NCBI GenBank assembly: GCA_964472415.1
Contig: CAYYLC010000001.1
Span: forward strand, 239,194 to 303,193
DNA: 64,000 bases
Origin: an uncultured Gammaproteobacteria bacterium
GTDB taxonomy: Bacteria > Patescibacteriota > Microgenomatia > Levybacterales > GWA1-39-11
Direction: 5' to 3'
In this document: piece after piece, positions 23,235 through 33,146 of the stretch
Layout: the number at the start of each line of letters is the position of its first letter
How positions within the stretch are numbered: position 1 is the stretch's first letter
Notes under the pieces: model-generated
What the model was told of the DNA's origin: nothing
What the model saw: only the letters and a program-made list of their open reading frames with translations
Databases searched by the model: none
Program-made: the position numbers and the translations under genes

Positions 23235-26200
23235 CTAGTTGATGATGCGGAGACTATTTACGAGAATTACTGGGTGGTCTTCCTTTCTATCTATTTTTCC
23301 TTCAACGGAAAGAATTGCATCAATATTAAGAAGCTCTTTGTCACGAGCAAAAACTTTTGGGAAGATAACACATTCTATGGTTGCTCCAGCATGGTCCTCA
23401 ATAGTCGCAAATGCCATTTCTTCATTTCTTCGCTTGGTAAATATTTTTTTAACTTGTGTAACAAGGCCACCTACTCTGACGCCAGATCCGTCCTTTACTT
23501 CAGAAAGTTCATTGATTCTATGTGTAGAAATAGAAAAAAGGTTTCCAAGTTTTTGATTCAATGGATGATCAGTAAGGAAGAATCCTAATAGCTCTCGTTC
23601 AAATACTAATTTTTCTTTTGGGGAAAAATCATCAATATTGTCATATGCTTTCATGTCAAAGTGTAGCGTGCTTTCGTCGGGCAAGTCTTCAAAAAGACTG
23701 TCTTGATTGAGGTTTACCTTCTTCATCCTTTTGTTGACCGTGTCAACAATTTCATTCATGGCGGTAAGCATTTTTGCTCTATTTCCAAATTCATCAAAAG
23801 CCCCTGCTTTTATGAGGCTTTCAATGGTTTTTCTATTTACTTTTGAAAGCTCTACACGGCTCGCAAAATCCATAAGATTTTCAAATGGCTTATTGCTTCT
23901 CGCTCCAAGGATGGATGTGATTGCTGCTTCACCAACATTTTTAATTGCACTCAGTCCGAAGCGAATATTTAAATGATTTTCTATAGAAAATTCTGACTCA
24001 GATTTATTGACTGAGGGAGATAGTACATTAATTTTGAGTCGTTTACATTCAGCAATAGCCTCTGCCATTTTTTCATTCTTTGAAGGCCCAGTGCTTCCTC
24101 GAGATTCAGCAGTGAGAAGTGCTGTCATAAACTCTACACTATAATTTGCTTTTAGATATGCTGTTCTATATGCAATTGTTGCATAGCAGGCAGCATGTGC
24201 TTTATTAAATCCATATCCGGCAAATGGTGCAATTAGGTCAAATAATTCTTCTCCTTGCTTTTTTGTGAGACCATTTTTAATGGTGCCTGCTACGAATTTG
24301 TCCCGCTGGATTTTCATTTCTGATGGAATTTTTTTTCCTACAGCCTTTCGTAATTTGTCTGCGTCGAGCCATGAGAATCCCGCAACTTCTATCGCGGTTA
24401 ACAGTACGTCATCTTGAAAAGTGAGGATTCCGTAGGATGGCTTCAGAATGTGCTCAAGTCTTGGATCTGGGTAAGTAATCTTGCTTGGATCATTTTTGCG
24501 GGCAATAAAGTCTGGGATATTTGCCATTGGTCCAGGCCTATAGAGTGCGACCATTGCCATAAGATCAAAGATTGAAGTTGGCTTGAGTTCTTTAATATAT
24601 CGTCTCATTCCCGCAGACTCAAGTTGGAATATGCCGGTGTTTTCTCCAGAGGACAACAGTTCATAGGTGTTCTTGTCATCAAGGGGAACTGTTGAAAAAT
24701 CTACTATTTCTTCACGATTTTCTTTAATAAAACGAAGTGCTTCTTGAATAATGGTAAGATTTCTCAGTCCAAGGAAATCCATCTTCAGGAGTCCAACACC
24801 ATCTTCTCCTACTGTGTACATGTCGTATTGGGTAATGATTTTTCCTCCTCGAGATTCTCTTTGAAGTGGCGTGTATTCAGTAATATCTTTATCAGCAATA
24901 ACCACTCCTGCTGCGTGAACTGATGCGTGACGAGCTACTCCTTCAAGTTTTTGGGCAAGATCTATCAGTTTTTTTGTTTCCGGTTCTGTTTTGTATGCAG
25001 CTTTTAAATCTGGACTTTGAGAGAGCGCATTGTTTAATGTCATCGCGTGTCCTTGCCAGCCTGGAGGAATCATTTTAGAAATTCTATCTGGAGCAGAGTA
25101 TGGCATGCCGAGTGCACGACCTGTATCACGGACTGACCCCTTGGCCTCCATCGTACCAAAAGTGATAATTTGCGCCACTTTGTCACGTCCATATTTCTCT
25201 GTAACGTAATTTATGACCTCATCGCGTTTAATGTCTGCAAAATCCAGATCAATATCAGGTGCAGATGGCCTTTCGGGATTGAGAAATCTTTCAAACGGGA
25301 GTTTGAAATAAAACGGATCAACGTCTGTGATTTTTAGAATATAAGAAATAACTGATCCTGCTGCAGATCCTCTTCCGGGACCGACTGATATCCCATTATC
25401 TTTGGCCCAATTAACAAAATCTGCAACTACTAAAAAATATGTGTCATACCCTTTTTTACGGATAACTGATAGTTCATAGTCAACACGTTCTCTAATTTCA
25501 GGAGTTATTTCTTTATAGCGCTCATTGATTTTCTCGTCAATAAGTTGTTTGAGATATTCTGTGGGGGTAAGCCCTTCTGGGACTTCAAATTTAGGCATGA
25601 TCCATTTCCCCAGTTCTATTTCTATATTACATCGCTGTGCAATTTTGAGTGTGTTTTCAACCGCTTCGGGAATATCGATGAAAAGATTTTTCATCTCATC
25701 TCCTGATTTGATGTAGAAGTCTGGTGAGTCAAGCATCGAAAGTCCACGGTTTGGTGTGTCAATTGTTTTTTGAGTTCCGATGCAGAGTAAAATTTCTTGC
25801 GCTTCTGCATCATCATTATTTATGTAATGGTTATCATTTGTTGCAACGAGTGGAATGCCATCGCGCTTTGAAATCTCAATCATTTTTTGATTCAGCTCTT
25901 CTTGACGTGGAACCTTTAAGTGTCTTTGGATTTCTAGATAGAGCCTATCATTATCAAATATTTCTTTTAAGTTTTTTAGCCTTTTTTCTGCTTCTTCTTC
26001 TTTCCCATTCAACAGTGGATCAGCAATATATCCATTGAGGCAAGCAGTTAGACAAATAAGTCCTTCGTTATATTTTTTTAAAAGTTCTATATCGCATCGA
26101 GGTTTATAATAGTATCCTTCCAGATGTGAAATGGAAATAATTTTCATTAAATTTTTATATCCTTGTAGGTTTTCTGCGAGGAGAATTAAATGATTGTAAT

Positions 26201-26453
26201 CTTTATCTACGCCTGCTTCTTTATCGTGTAGAGATCGAGGTGCCATGTAAATCTCGCATCCGATTATGGGTTTTATCTCATATTTCTTACAAATCTGAAA
26301 AAATCTAATTGCACCATATAGATTTCCGTGATCAGTTATTGCAATTGACGACATTCCCAGCTCTTTTGCTTTCATGACCATGAGCTCAACCTTTGAAAGC
26401 CCATCGAGCAGTGAATATTCTGAATGGTTATGTAAGTGCGCAAAATCCGTCAT
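23235..26453 (-). CDS. dnaE: DNA polymerase III alpha subunit
   Basis: HLHNHSEYSLLDG (PHP), GRGSAAGS, PDIDLDF, KMDFLGL, YGFNKAHA. Confidence 0.98.
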   Translation of the reverse strand: MTDFAHLHNHSEYSLLDGLSKVELMVMKAKELGMSSIAITDHGNLYGAIRFFQICKKYEIKPIIGCEIYMAPRSLHDKEAGVDKDYNHLILLAENLQGYKNLMKIISISHLEGYYYKPRCDIELLKKYNEGLICLTACLNGYIADPLLNGKEEEAEKRLKNLKEIFDNDRLYLEIQRHLKVPRQEELNQKMIEISKRDGIPLVATNDNHYINNDDAEAQEILLCIGTQKTIDTPNRGLSMLDSPDFYIKSGDEMKNLFIDIPEAVENTLKIAQRCNIEIELGKWIMPKFEVPEGLTPTEYLKQLIDEKINERYKEITPEIRERVDYELSVIRKKGYDTYFLVVADFVNWAKDNGISVGPGRGSAAGSVISYILKITDVDPFYFKLPFERFLNPERPSAPDIDLDFADIKRDEVINYVTEKYGRDKVAQIITFGTMEAKGSVRDTGRALGMPYSAPDRISKMIPPGWQGHAMTLNNALSQSPDLKAAYKTEPETKKLIDLAQKLEGVARHASVHAAGVVIADKDITEYTPLQRESRGGKIITQYDMYTVGEDGVGLLKMDFLGLRNLTIIQEALRFIKENREEIVDFSTVPLDDKNTYELLSSGENTGIFQLESAGMRRYIKELKPTSIFDLMAMVALYRPGPMANIPDFIARKNDPSKITYPDPRLEHILKPSYGILTFQDDVLLTAIEVAGFSWLDADKLRKAVGKKIPSEMKIQRDKFVAGTIKNGLTKKQGEELFDLIAPFAGYGFNKAHAACYATIAYRTAYLKANYSVEFMTALLTAESRGSTGPSKNEKMAEAIAECKRLKINVLSPSVNKSESEFSIENHLNIRFGLSAIKNVGEAAITSILGARSNKPFENLMDFASRVELSKVNRKTIESLIKAGAFDEFGNRAKMLTAMNEIVDTVNKRMKKVNLNQDSLFEDLPDESTLHFDMKAYDNIDDFSPKEKLVFERELLGFFLTDHPLNQKLGNLFSISTHRINELSEVKDGSGVRVGGLVTQVKKIFTKRRNEEMAFATIEDHAGATIECVIFPKVFARDKELLNIDAILSVEGKIDRKEDHPVILVNSLRIIN

Positions 26454-26522
26454 GATTTCAGTATCGTAGTTCTCTTTTTTTGAAGTTTTTTATCCCTTGC
26501 GAAGAGTATGATCACCGTTGGA

Positions 26523-27851
26523 TCATTGTAGCATTTCGGTAAGTTTTTTTCTAATCTGTTCTGTATCTTTTGCTTCTGGAAGTTTTCGTTTTACCATTCC
26601 TATCAAAAAACCAATTACCTGTATTTTTCCTGACTGATAGTCAGTAACTGCCTGAGGATTTTCTTCACGTACTTTTTTAATCGTGTCCTCCAAAAGCTTG
26701 TCGTCAATTTGTTTTACTGTGCTTTCTGTAATGATTTGTCTCAGGAGGGATGCAGGGAGAATATCTTTTATTTTCGGCTTCTTGTTGATTATATGGCTTG
26801 CTATTTTTTGTGCTGATATATCGTGTTCGCGGCCTATCTCTATGACCTCTTCGAAGTAGTTTGCAAGCTCTATCTTTCGAGTTAAAATTTCAGCATCATA
26901 TTTTTTGATTTGATACTTATTCGTAAAGCGCTTAATTTTATCATCCTGCAATTCCGGAATTTCAGATTTAATTTTTTCGATCTGTTCGTTAGAAAGTTTT
27001 ATTGGAGGAATGTCGGGTTCTGGGAAGTATCTATAATCATGTGCTTCTTCTTTCGATCTTTGAGATATTGTTTTACTTTTAAATTCATTCCAGCCACGAG
27101 TCTCTTGAATAGGCGTTTCTTTTTTATCAAGCAATTCCTTATGTCTCTTCTCTTCATATTCGATAGCTTTTTCTACAAATCGAAATGAATTAATATTTTT
27201 AACTTCCACTTTATAATTCGGAAGACTTGCTTCTCCAACCTTTCTTAAGGAGATATTTGGTTCAAGTCTCATATGTCCCTTTTCCATATCCGCATCGGAA
27301 ACATTCAAATACTTAATGATTCTTTGGAGCTTTGTGAGAAATTCTTTTGCTTCTTCTCCAGATCTAATATCTGGTTCAGTCACTATTTCGACGAGTGGCA
27401 CGCCTGACCGATTAAAATCAATGAGTGAAACTTCATTTCCATTTACATTTGCGTGGGTGAGTTTTCCAGTGTCTTCCTCCATGTGTACTCGTGTTATTCC
27501 GATAGATTTTTTTTGGCCATTTATTTCTATTTCCAATTTCCCGTTTTTCCCAAAGGGATGTAAAAATTGACTTGTTTGAAAACCTTTTGAAAGATCTGGA
27601 TAGAAATAATTCTTTCTTTCAAAAAATGAATCAGTGTTTATCGTGCATCCCAAAGCAAGTGCGATTTTAATACAATTTTCGATAGCACTTTGGTTAGTAA
27701 ATGGAAGTGCTCCAGGAAGCCCCAGACATACTGGGCATGTGTTTGAGTTCGGTTTATCAGAAAGAGTTGAAAGTTCACATCTGCAAAACATCTTGCTTTT
27801 TGTAGAGAGTTCTACATGAATTTCTAATCCTACTATTGTTTCATACTTCAT
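26523..27851 (-). CDS. gatB: Asp/Glu-tRNA amidotransferase subunit B
   Basis: GLEIHVEL, RKNYFYPDL, HMEEDTGK, EVKNINSF, DYRYFPEPD. Confidence 0.97.
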   Translation of the reverse strand: MKYETIVGLEIHVELSTKSKMFCRCELSTLSDKPNSNTCPVCLGLPGALPFTNQSAIENCIKIALALGCTINTDSFFERKNYFYPDLSKGFQTSQFLHPFGKNGKLEIEINGQKKSIGITRVHMEEDTGKLTHANVNGNEVSLIDFNRSGVPLVEIVTEPDIRSGEEAKEFLTKLQRIIKYLNVSDADMEKGHMRLEPNISLRKVGEASLPNYKVEVKNINSFRFVEKAIEYEEKRHKELLDKKETPIQETRGWNEFKSKTISQRSKEEAHDYRYFPEPDIPPIKLSNEQIEKIKSEIPELQDDKIKRFTNKYQIKKYDAEILTRKIELANYFEEVIEIGREHDISAQKIASHIINKKPKIKDILPASLLRQIITESTVKQIDDKLLEDTIKKVREENPQAVTDYQSGKIQVIGFLIGMVKRKLPEAKDTEQIRKKLTEMLQ

Positions 27852-29272
27852 AAGTTTGGTGTTTGTTTATAGTATTCAGTTTCTTTTTCGAAATTATTTC
27901 CAATTCTAAATAATAATTTTTCAGAAAAATGAGGACCGATAAACTGCATCCCAATCGGAAGTCGATTTTTAGAAAACCCAGCAGGGACAGAAAGTGCTGG
28001 AATTCCCGCAAGATTCATGGGTACGGTAAGTGCGTCAGACAGATACATCTGAAGAGGATCATTTGTTTTTTCGTTAAACTTCCATGCAGGTGTTGGGCAG
28101 ATTGGTGCAATAAGCGCATCGACTTGAGTAAAAGCTTTTTTAAAGTCTTCTATGATAAGCGTTCGTGCCTGCATAGCCTTTTTATAATATGCATCATAAT
28201 AACCGGAAGAAAGAGTAAATGTCCCGAGCATAATTCTGCGCTTTGCTTCTTTTCCAAAAAAACTTCTATCATGCCCAAATCGCACTCCGTCATATCGAGC
28301 AAGATTAGATGAAACCTCTGAGGGTTGTATTATGTAGTACGTCGCGATGGCATATTCGGTGTGGGGAAGGGATAACTCAATAATTTCTGCACCGAGTTTT
28401 TCAAGAATTTTTATAGATCTGTTAAATGTTTCCTTTATATCTGCATTGAGGGCATCGGTTATATATTCTTTTGGAACGCCGATTTTAAGACCTTTTATTT
28501 CTTCATGTAAGCCTTTTAGGTAATCTTCCTTTTCCCGTTTCGAAACAGTGCTATCATAGCCATCATGTCCTGCGGTAGTTTGAAGAATTCGTGCAGAGTC
28601 TTCAACTGTCTTACTAAAATGTCCAATGGAATCAAGTGATGATGCCATGGCAATTACCCCGTAGCGACTTACGAGTCCATATGTAGGTTTTAGTCCTACA
28701 GTATTTGTGAAGCTTGCGGGGAGGCGTATAGATCCACCAGTATCTGTGCCAGTTGCAATAGGCACTAATGAACCTGCTACAGAGGCACCAGATCCACTTG
28801 AAGAACCGCCAGGAACGTGTTCAAAATTCCATGGATTGAGAGTATTTCCGAAGTCAGAATTTTCTCCTGATGAGCCATGCGCCCATGCGTCACAGTTTAA
28901 TTTTCCGAGTGAAATAGCACCTGCCTCTTCAAGCCGCATTACAGTAGTTGCGGAGTAGGGCGGAGTATAGTTTTCTAACAGCTTTGCACTGGCAGTCGTC
29001 TTTACTCCTTTTGTAAGGAACATATCTTTGATGCCAATAGGTATGCCATGTAATGTGTTTGTGATATCCTTTCCGTCAAGCTCTTTTGCTTTTTTGCGAG
29101 CATTTTTACTATCAATAGTAATGAACGCATTGATTTGTGGATTTAGTTTTTCTATTCTTGCAAGATAAGAGCTCACTATCTCACTTACAGAGAAATCCTT
29201 TTTCTTATAGCCATTTAAAATATCCGAGATTGTAAAATTTAATACATCCATTTTATTTATTAGTTTCGACAA
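27848..29272 (-). CDS. gatA: Asp/Glu-tRNA amidotransferase subunit A
   Basis: Amidase signature GGSSSGS, GTDTGGSIR, SSNLARYDG. True start may be ATG 29251. Confidence 0.97.
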   Translation of the reverse strand: MSKLINKMDVLNFTISDILNGYKKKDFSVSEIVSSYLARIEKLNPQINAFITIDSKNARKKAKELDGKDITNTLHGIPIGIKDMFLTKGVKTTASAKLLENYTPPYSATTVMRLEEAGAISLGKLNCDAWAHGSSGENSDFGNTLNPWNFEHVPGGSSSGSGASVAGSLVPIATGTDTGGSIRLPASFTNTVGLKPTYGLVSRYGVIAMASSLDSIGHFSKTVEDSARILQTTAGHDGYDSTVSKREKEDYLKGLHEEIKGLKIGVPKEYITDALNADIKETFNRSIKILEKLGAEIIELSLPHTEYAIATYYIIQPSEVSSNLARYDGVRFGHDRSFFGKEAKRRIMLGTFTLSSGYYDAYYKKAMQARTLIIEDFKKAFTQVDALIAPICPTPAWKFNEKTNDPLQMYLSDALTVPMNLAGIPALSVPAGFSKNRLPIGMQFIGPHFSEKLLFRIGNNFEKETEYYKQTPNL

Positions 29273-29543
29273 GTTTGTCTACGATGAACAATTCATTGTG
29301 TTTATTTTTTGTTTCTGCGAGCGCATCATTTTGTGATAGCGATTCATGAAGTTCTGTATCATTTCTCAAAATATTTGTAAGTCCAGTAACCTGTGCTGTA
29401 GGTTCTATTGATGAAGTATCAAGGGAGTTTAATTGTTTAATATAGGAAAGAATATTGTTAAGCTGAGTAGTAAATTCTGCTTCTTCTTCTGGTGATATTT
29501 CTAAGTTGGAGAGCTTAGCTATTTTTTTTACATCAATTTTCAT
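29253..29543 (-). CDS. gatC: Asp/Glu-tRNA amidotransferase subunit C
   Basis: KIAKLSNL, LNSLDTSSIEPT; directly upstream of gatA. Confidence 0.92.
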   Translation of the reverse strand: MKIDVKKIAKLSNLEISPEEEAEFTTQLNNILSYIKQLNSLDTSSIEPTAQVTGLTNILRNDTELHESLSQNDALAETKNKHNELFIVDKLVETNK

Positions 29544-29581
29544 GAGTTGATTATATAATTTTGAGGCTAATTAAACAACCG

Positions 29582-30373
29582 CTAATATGCGATATTCATG
29601 CGTTTCAAAATCTTCATTTTCGCCAAATGTGCAAACGAATCATCAATTTTTTTTAGAGAAAGATTTTGTCCATATTTCTTTCTGTATGCTTTCTCTATAA
29701 GATAGTCTGCAAGTTCTGGATTACTTGGAAGGATAGGGCCGTGGAGATATGTGCCGATTGCATTCATGTAATGAATTCCTTCTGTTTTGTCTTTTCCATT
29801 ATTTCCAAATCCATTTATCACAGATCCAAACATGAGTGATTTGTCTGAAATATATGTTCGCCCACCATGGTTCTCAAATCCTACTAAGAACGATGATGTT
29901 GATTGATTTCCAGAGAAAATTTTTGGTTTTATTACTGTCGTGCCAACGAGCCTCGTTTTATCAATTGGGGATTCAGTATACATATTAAATAATCCAATGC
30001 CATTTATTTTCTTTCCGTATGCATCTTTATAATAATTTCCTAAAATTTGGTACGCTCCACAAATAAATAAACCTGGAATGTTATCTTCTATCATTTTAGA
30101 AATTACTGTCCCTTTATTTTTTAGTAAGTCTTTTTGTACAATTTCTTGTTGAATATCTTGGGCACCTCCCATAAATAGTAAATCTACAGAATTAAGAGTT
30201 GAAGATCCAGAGTTATGATTTATTCTCGCGATATTAGCTTTTACTCCATGCCATTCGATACGTTTTTGAAGGACCATAACATTTCCCCGATCTCCATATG
30301 TAGACATTAGTTCAGGATAGAGCCAGCCTATCGTGAGGTGTGGGTTGTGCAGTGATCGTTTATTGTTTTTCAT
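29582..30373 (-). CDS. gatD: Glutamine amidotransferase GatD (lipid II amidation)
   Basis: LYPELMSTYGDRGN, ICGAYQ (catalytic Cys), GFENHGG, TYLHGP; paired with murT. Confidence 0.88.
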   Translation of the reverse strand: MKNNKRSLHNPHLTIGWLYPELMSTYGDRGNVMVLQKRIEWHGVKANIARINHNSGSSTLNSVDLLFMGGAQDIQQEIVQKDLLKNKGTVISKMIEDNIPGLFICGAYQILGNYYKDAYGKKINGIGLFNMYTESPIDKTRLVGTTVIKPKIFSGNQSTSSFLVGFENHGGRTYISDKSLMFGSVINGFGNNGKDKTEGIHYMNAIGTYLHGPILPSNPELADYLIEKAYRKKYGQNLSLKKIDDSFAHLAKMKILKRMNIAY

Positions 30374-31647
30374 AGTATACTTTTTCCAGTTAGTAGTTTC
30401 CTTACTTCAAGCATTCCGGAATACGTAGCGAGTATTGCGATAGTCTCTCCCTTCGGTGTTCTCTTTATTGCTGATTGTAGTGCCTTTTTGAGATCCTTTG
30501 AGGCATGTATATTTTTCATTCCTGCATACAAAAGCCTGTTTGACATATCATAAGTCCTGTCGCCAGAGATGGTTGTATGGGAATTTTTCCCGAGTAATTC
30601 AAAGTCCACATCCCATATCCATGATATATCACGCCCATCCGGGACCCTATCATTGAGAATAATAAGACTATGGGAGTAGTTATTGTTGCTCATAACTTTG
30701 AGCGATTCGTTAAACCCAGTCGGATTTTTTGAGAGCAATATAAGTACATTTTTACCTTGAATATCGATGATTTCTTGTCTTCCGAATGCGGGTTTAAAAT
30801 CATTTAACTTCTCTCTTGAATTTTCGGGGGCGATATTAAATATTTTTTCTGATAAAAGCACAGCTGCTGTAAGATTATAGGTATTAAATGATCCTTTTAA
30901 GGTAGTTTTAATATCTATGTTCAGTGCTTTTGGGTTTTTGAAGCCACATTTCGGACATGAAAAATTTCCGATGTGTGAATACGCGATTCTAGAGTAGGTA
31001 AGCTCGCTCTGACAGTTTGGGCAGAGTGTGGAGTCGATTGCGTGAGAGAGACTTTTTTCGGTTTTCAGTTTGTTTGGGATAGTAAAGTAGTGCACTCTTT
31101 TTTGTTTTGTGATTTTTACAATCTGCGGATCGTCAGCATTTGCAATCAACAGTGTATTTTCGGTTTTTTGAAGAGCATTCTCCCATTTCTCTGCGATGGT
31201 GTTAATTTCTCCAAAGCGGTCTAGCTGGTCTCTAAAAAGATTTAAGAGAATAATAGCCTGTGGCTTTACTTGTTTTACTAGTTTTGGTAGAGCATTTTCA
31301 TCTACTTCGAAAAGTACTGCGTCACGTGGTATTTTTCCTTGAATATTTGCATGCTTGATAATAAGTGACGCAAATCCGTTCATAAGATTTGCACCAGCTC
31401 TATTTCTTATTACTGAGATACTATCTTCCTGGAGGATATGATTGAGTGCCTTGGTGGTGGTTGTTTTGCCATTTGTGCCAGCAATAAAAATTATTTTTAA
31501 TTGAGGATTCTTTTGGATAACATTTTTAATAAAATGTGCATTTATTTTTAGTGCTAAATGTCCGGGCCACGTGGAGGCATTTCTTCCAAGAAGCTTTGTA
31601 ATAATAAATGTAGAAATTTTTCCAATAGCAAGAGGGAGAAGTGTCAT
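30370..31647 (-). CDS. murT: Lipid II isoglutaminyl synthase MurT
   Basis: GTNGKTTT, NLFRDQLDRFGE, CPNC/CPKC zinc finger, KNPTG, DGRDISWIWD. Confidence 0.9.
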   Translation of the reverse strand: MTLLPLAIGKISTFIITKLLGRNASTWPGHLALKINAHFIKNVIQKNPQLKIIFIAGTNGKTTTTKALNHILQEDSISVIRNRAGANLMNGFASLIIKHANIQGKIPRDAVLFEVDENALPKLVKQVKPQAIILLNLFRDQLDRFGEINTIAEKWENALQKTENTLLIANADDPQIVKITKQKRVHYFTIPNKLKTEKSLSHAIDSTLCPNCQSELTYSRIAYSHIGNFSCPKCGFKNPKALNIDIKTTLKGSFNTYNLTAAVLLSEKIFNIAPENSREKLNDFKPAFGRQEIIDIQGKNVLILLSKNPTGFNESLKVMSNNNYSHSLIILNDRVPDGRDISWIWDVDFELLGKNSHTTISGDRTYDMSNRLLYAGMKNIHASKDLKKALQSAIKRTPKGETIAILATYSGMLEVRKLLTGKSIL

Positions 31648-31671
31648 GTGTAATTTATTATAGCAATTTCA

Positions 31672-32556
31672 TTACATCGCACGAAGCCTTTTTATACGTT
31701 CTTCAGCTGGAGGGTGTGTGCTGTAAAGATTTGTAAAAAAATTGCGAGCTTTTTTACTACTAAAAGGGTTTTGGATAAATAAATGTGCAGTTGCGTGAGA
31801 TGCATTTTTAAGATTTGGTTGTTTACTAATTTTTTCTAATGCGCTCGCCAAGCCATCAGGATATCGAGTAAGGAGTGCCCCGCTTGCGTCTGCGAGATAT
31901 TCTCTATTTCGAGAAACAGAAAGTTTTATAAGGGTTGCAGCAAGCGGTGCCAGAATCGCCGCAGCAATCGCAATTATTATCATCAATCCATTTGATTTTC
32001 TGTCATTATCTCCCCCTGAGAAAATAAGACTTCTCAGAAAAAAATCAGAAACGATGGCAATGCTTCCAGCAAGGATCGTTACCATGCTCATAACGCGAAT
32101 GTCATAATTTCTGATATGAGATAGTTCATGTGCCATAACCCCTTCAAGCTCTTGCTTATTGAGCGCTTGAAGAATCCCAGTGGTTGCAGCAACAGCACTG
32201 TGCTGTGGGTCACGTCCAGTCGCAAACGCATTCATGCCTGGGTCCTGTATTACATAGACTTTTGGCATTGGCTGGCCAAGTCCAATGGAGAGATTTTCCA
32301 CAATACTATAAAGCTGAGGATAGTGCTCCTTTTTTGCTGGTTTTGCATGAGATAGTGCAAGTGCTACCTTGTCGGAATTGTAGTATGAAATATAGGTAAC
32401 TACTCCAAAGATGATAAGAAATATTCCAAGACCTATCAATCCGAGATCAAAAAAAAGCGAGATGATGTAGCCAAATATAATAGTAAAAATGAGAAATCCA
32501 AATATAAGAAAAAATGTTTTCCTCTTATTAGAGGCTATCTGTTGATAGATATTCAT
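31672..32556 (-). CDS. htpX: Zinc metalloprotease HtpX (M48)
   Basis: NAFATGR, AHELSH, SRNREYLAD, STHPP. Confidence 0.93.
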   Translation of the reverse strand: MNIYQQIASNKRKTFFLIFGFLIFTIIFGYIISLFFDLGLIGLGIFLIIFGVVTYISYYNSDKVALALSHAKPAKKEHYPQLYSIVENLSIGLGQPMPKVYVIQDPGMNAFATGRDPQHSAVAATTGILQALNKQELEGVMAHELSHIRNYDIRVMSMVTILAGSIAIVSDFFLRSLIFSGGDNDRKSNGLMIIIAIAAAILAPLAATLIKLSVSRNREYLADASGALLTRYPDGLASALEKISKQPNLKNASHATAHLFIQNPFSSKKARNFFTNLYSTHPPAEERIKRLRAM

Positions 32557-32560
32557 AAGA

Positions 32561-33112
32561 CTAGAAGGAGACTTTTATTGGGTCTTTCGCAGCAGGCTCT
32601 GCTTCAAAAAATTCTTGTTCTTTAAAGTTAAATTGGCCAGCAATAAAATTAGAAGGGAACATTTTTATTTTTGTGTTGTAAGACAAAACATTTGAATTAT
32701 AAAATTGTCGAGAATAAGAAATCTTGTCCTCAGTATCCGAAAGTTCCTCTTGGAGCTTTAAAAAATTTGCACTTGCCTTTAAATCTGGGTAGCCCTCTGC
32801 GACAGCAAAAAGACTCTTCAGGGTGTCAGTGACCATATTGTTCGCTCGTGCTTTTTGTTCTGGAGTTTTTGCTCCCATTAGTTCTGAGCGTGCATTTGTG
32901 ACGTTTTCAAGAAGTTGCTTTTCGTGTTTTGCGTAACCTTTTACTGTTTCAACCAGATTCGGGATCAGATCACTACGTCTTTTGAGTTGTATATCGATAC
33001 TGCTGAGTGCCTCTGTGATCCGCTCTTTCAGTGTTACTAGTTGATTATATGTAAGCCAGATGAATGCAGCTAAGATAAGAATTATGATCGCGACAGTGAT
33101 TAAAATACCCAT
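32561..33112 (-). CDS. lemA: LemA family protein
   Basis: [35 protein letters not shown]. Confidence 0.94.
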   Translation of the reverse strand: MGILITVAIIILILAAFIWLTYNQLVTLKERITEALSSIDIQLKRRSDLIPNLVETVKGYAKHEKQLLENVTNARSELMGAKTPEQKARANNMVTDTLKSLFAVAEGYPDLKASANFLKLQEELSDTEDKISYSRQFYNSNVLSYNTKIKMFPSNFIAGQFNFKEQEFFEAEPAAKDPIKVSF

Positions 33113-33146
33113 AGGTAATTTTTACATAGACCAGCGGAAAAGTCAA

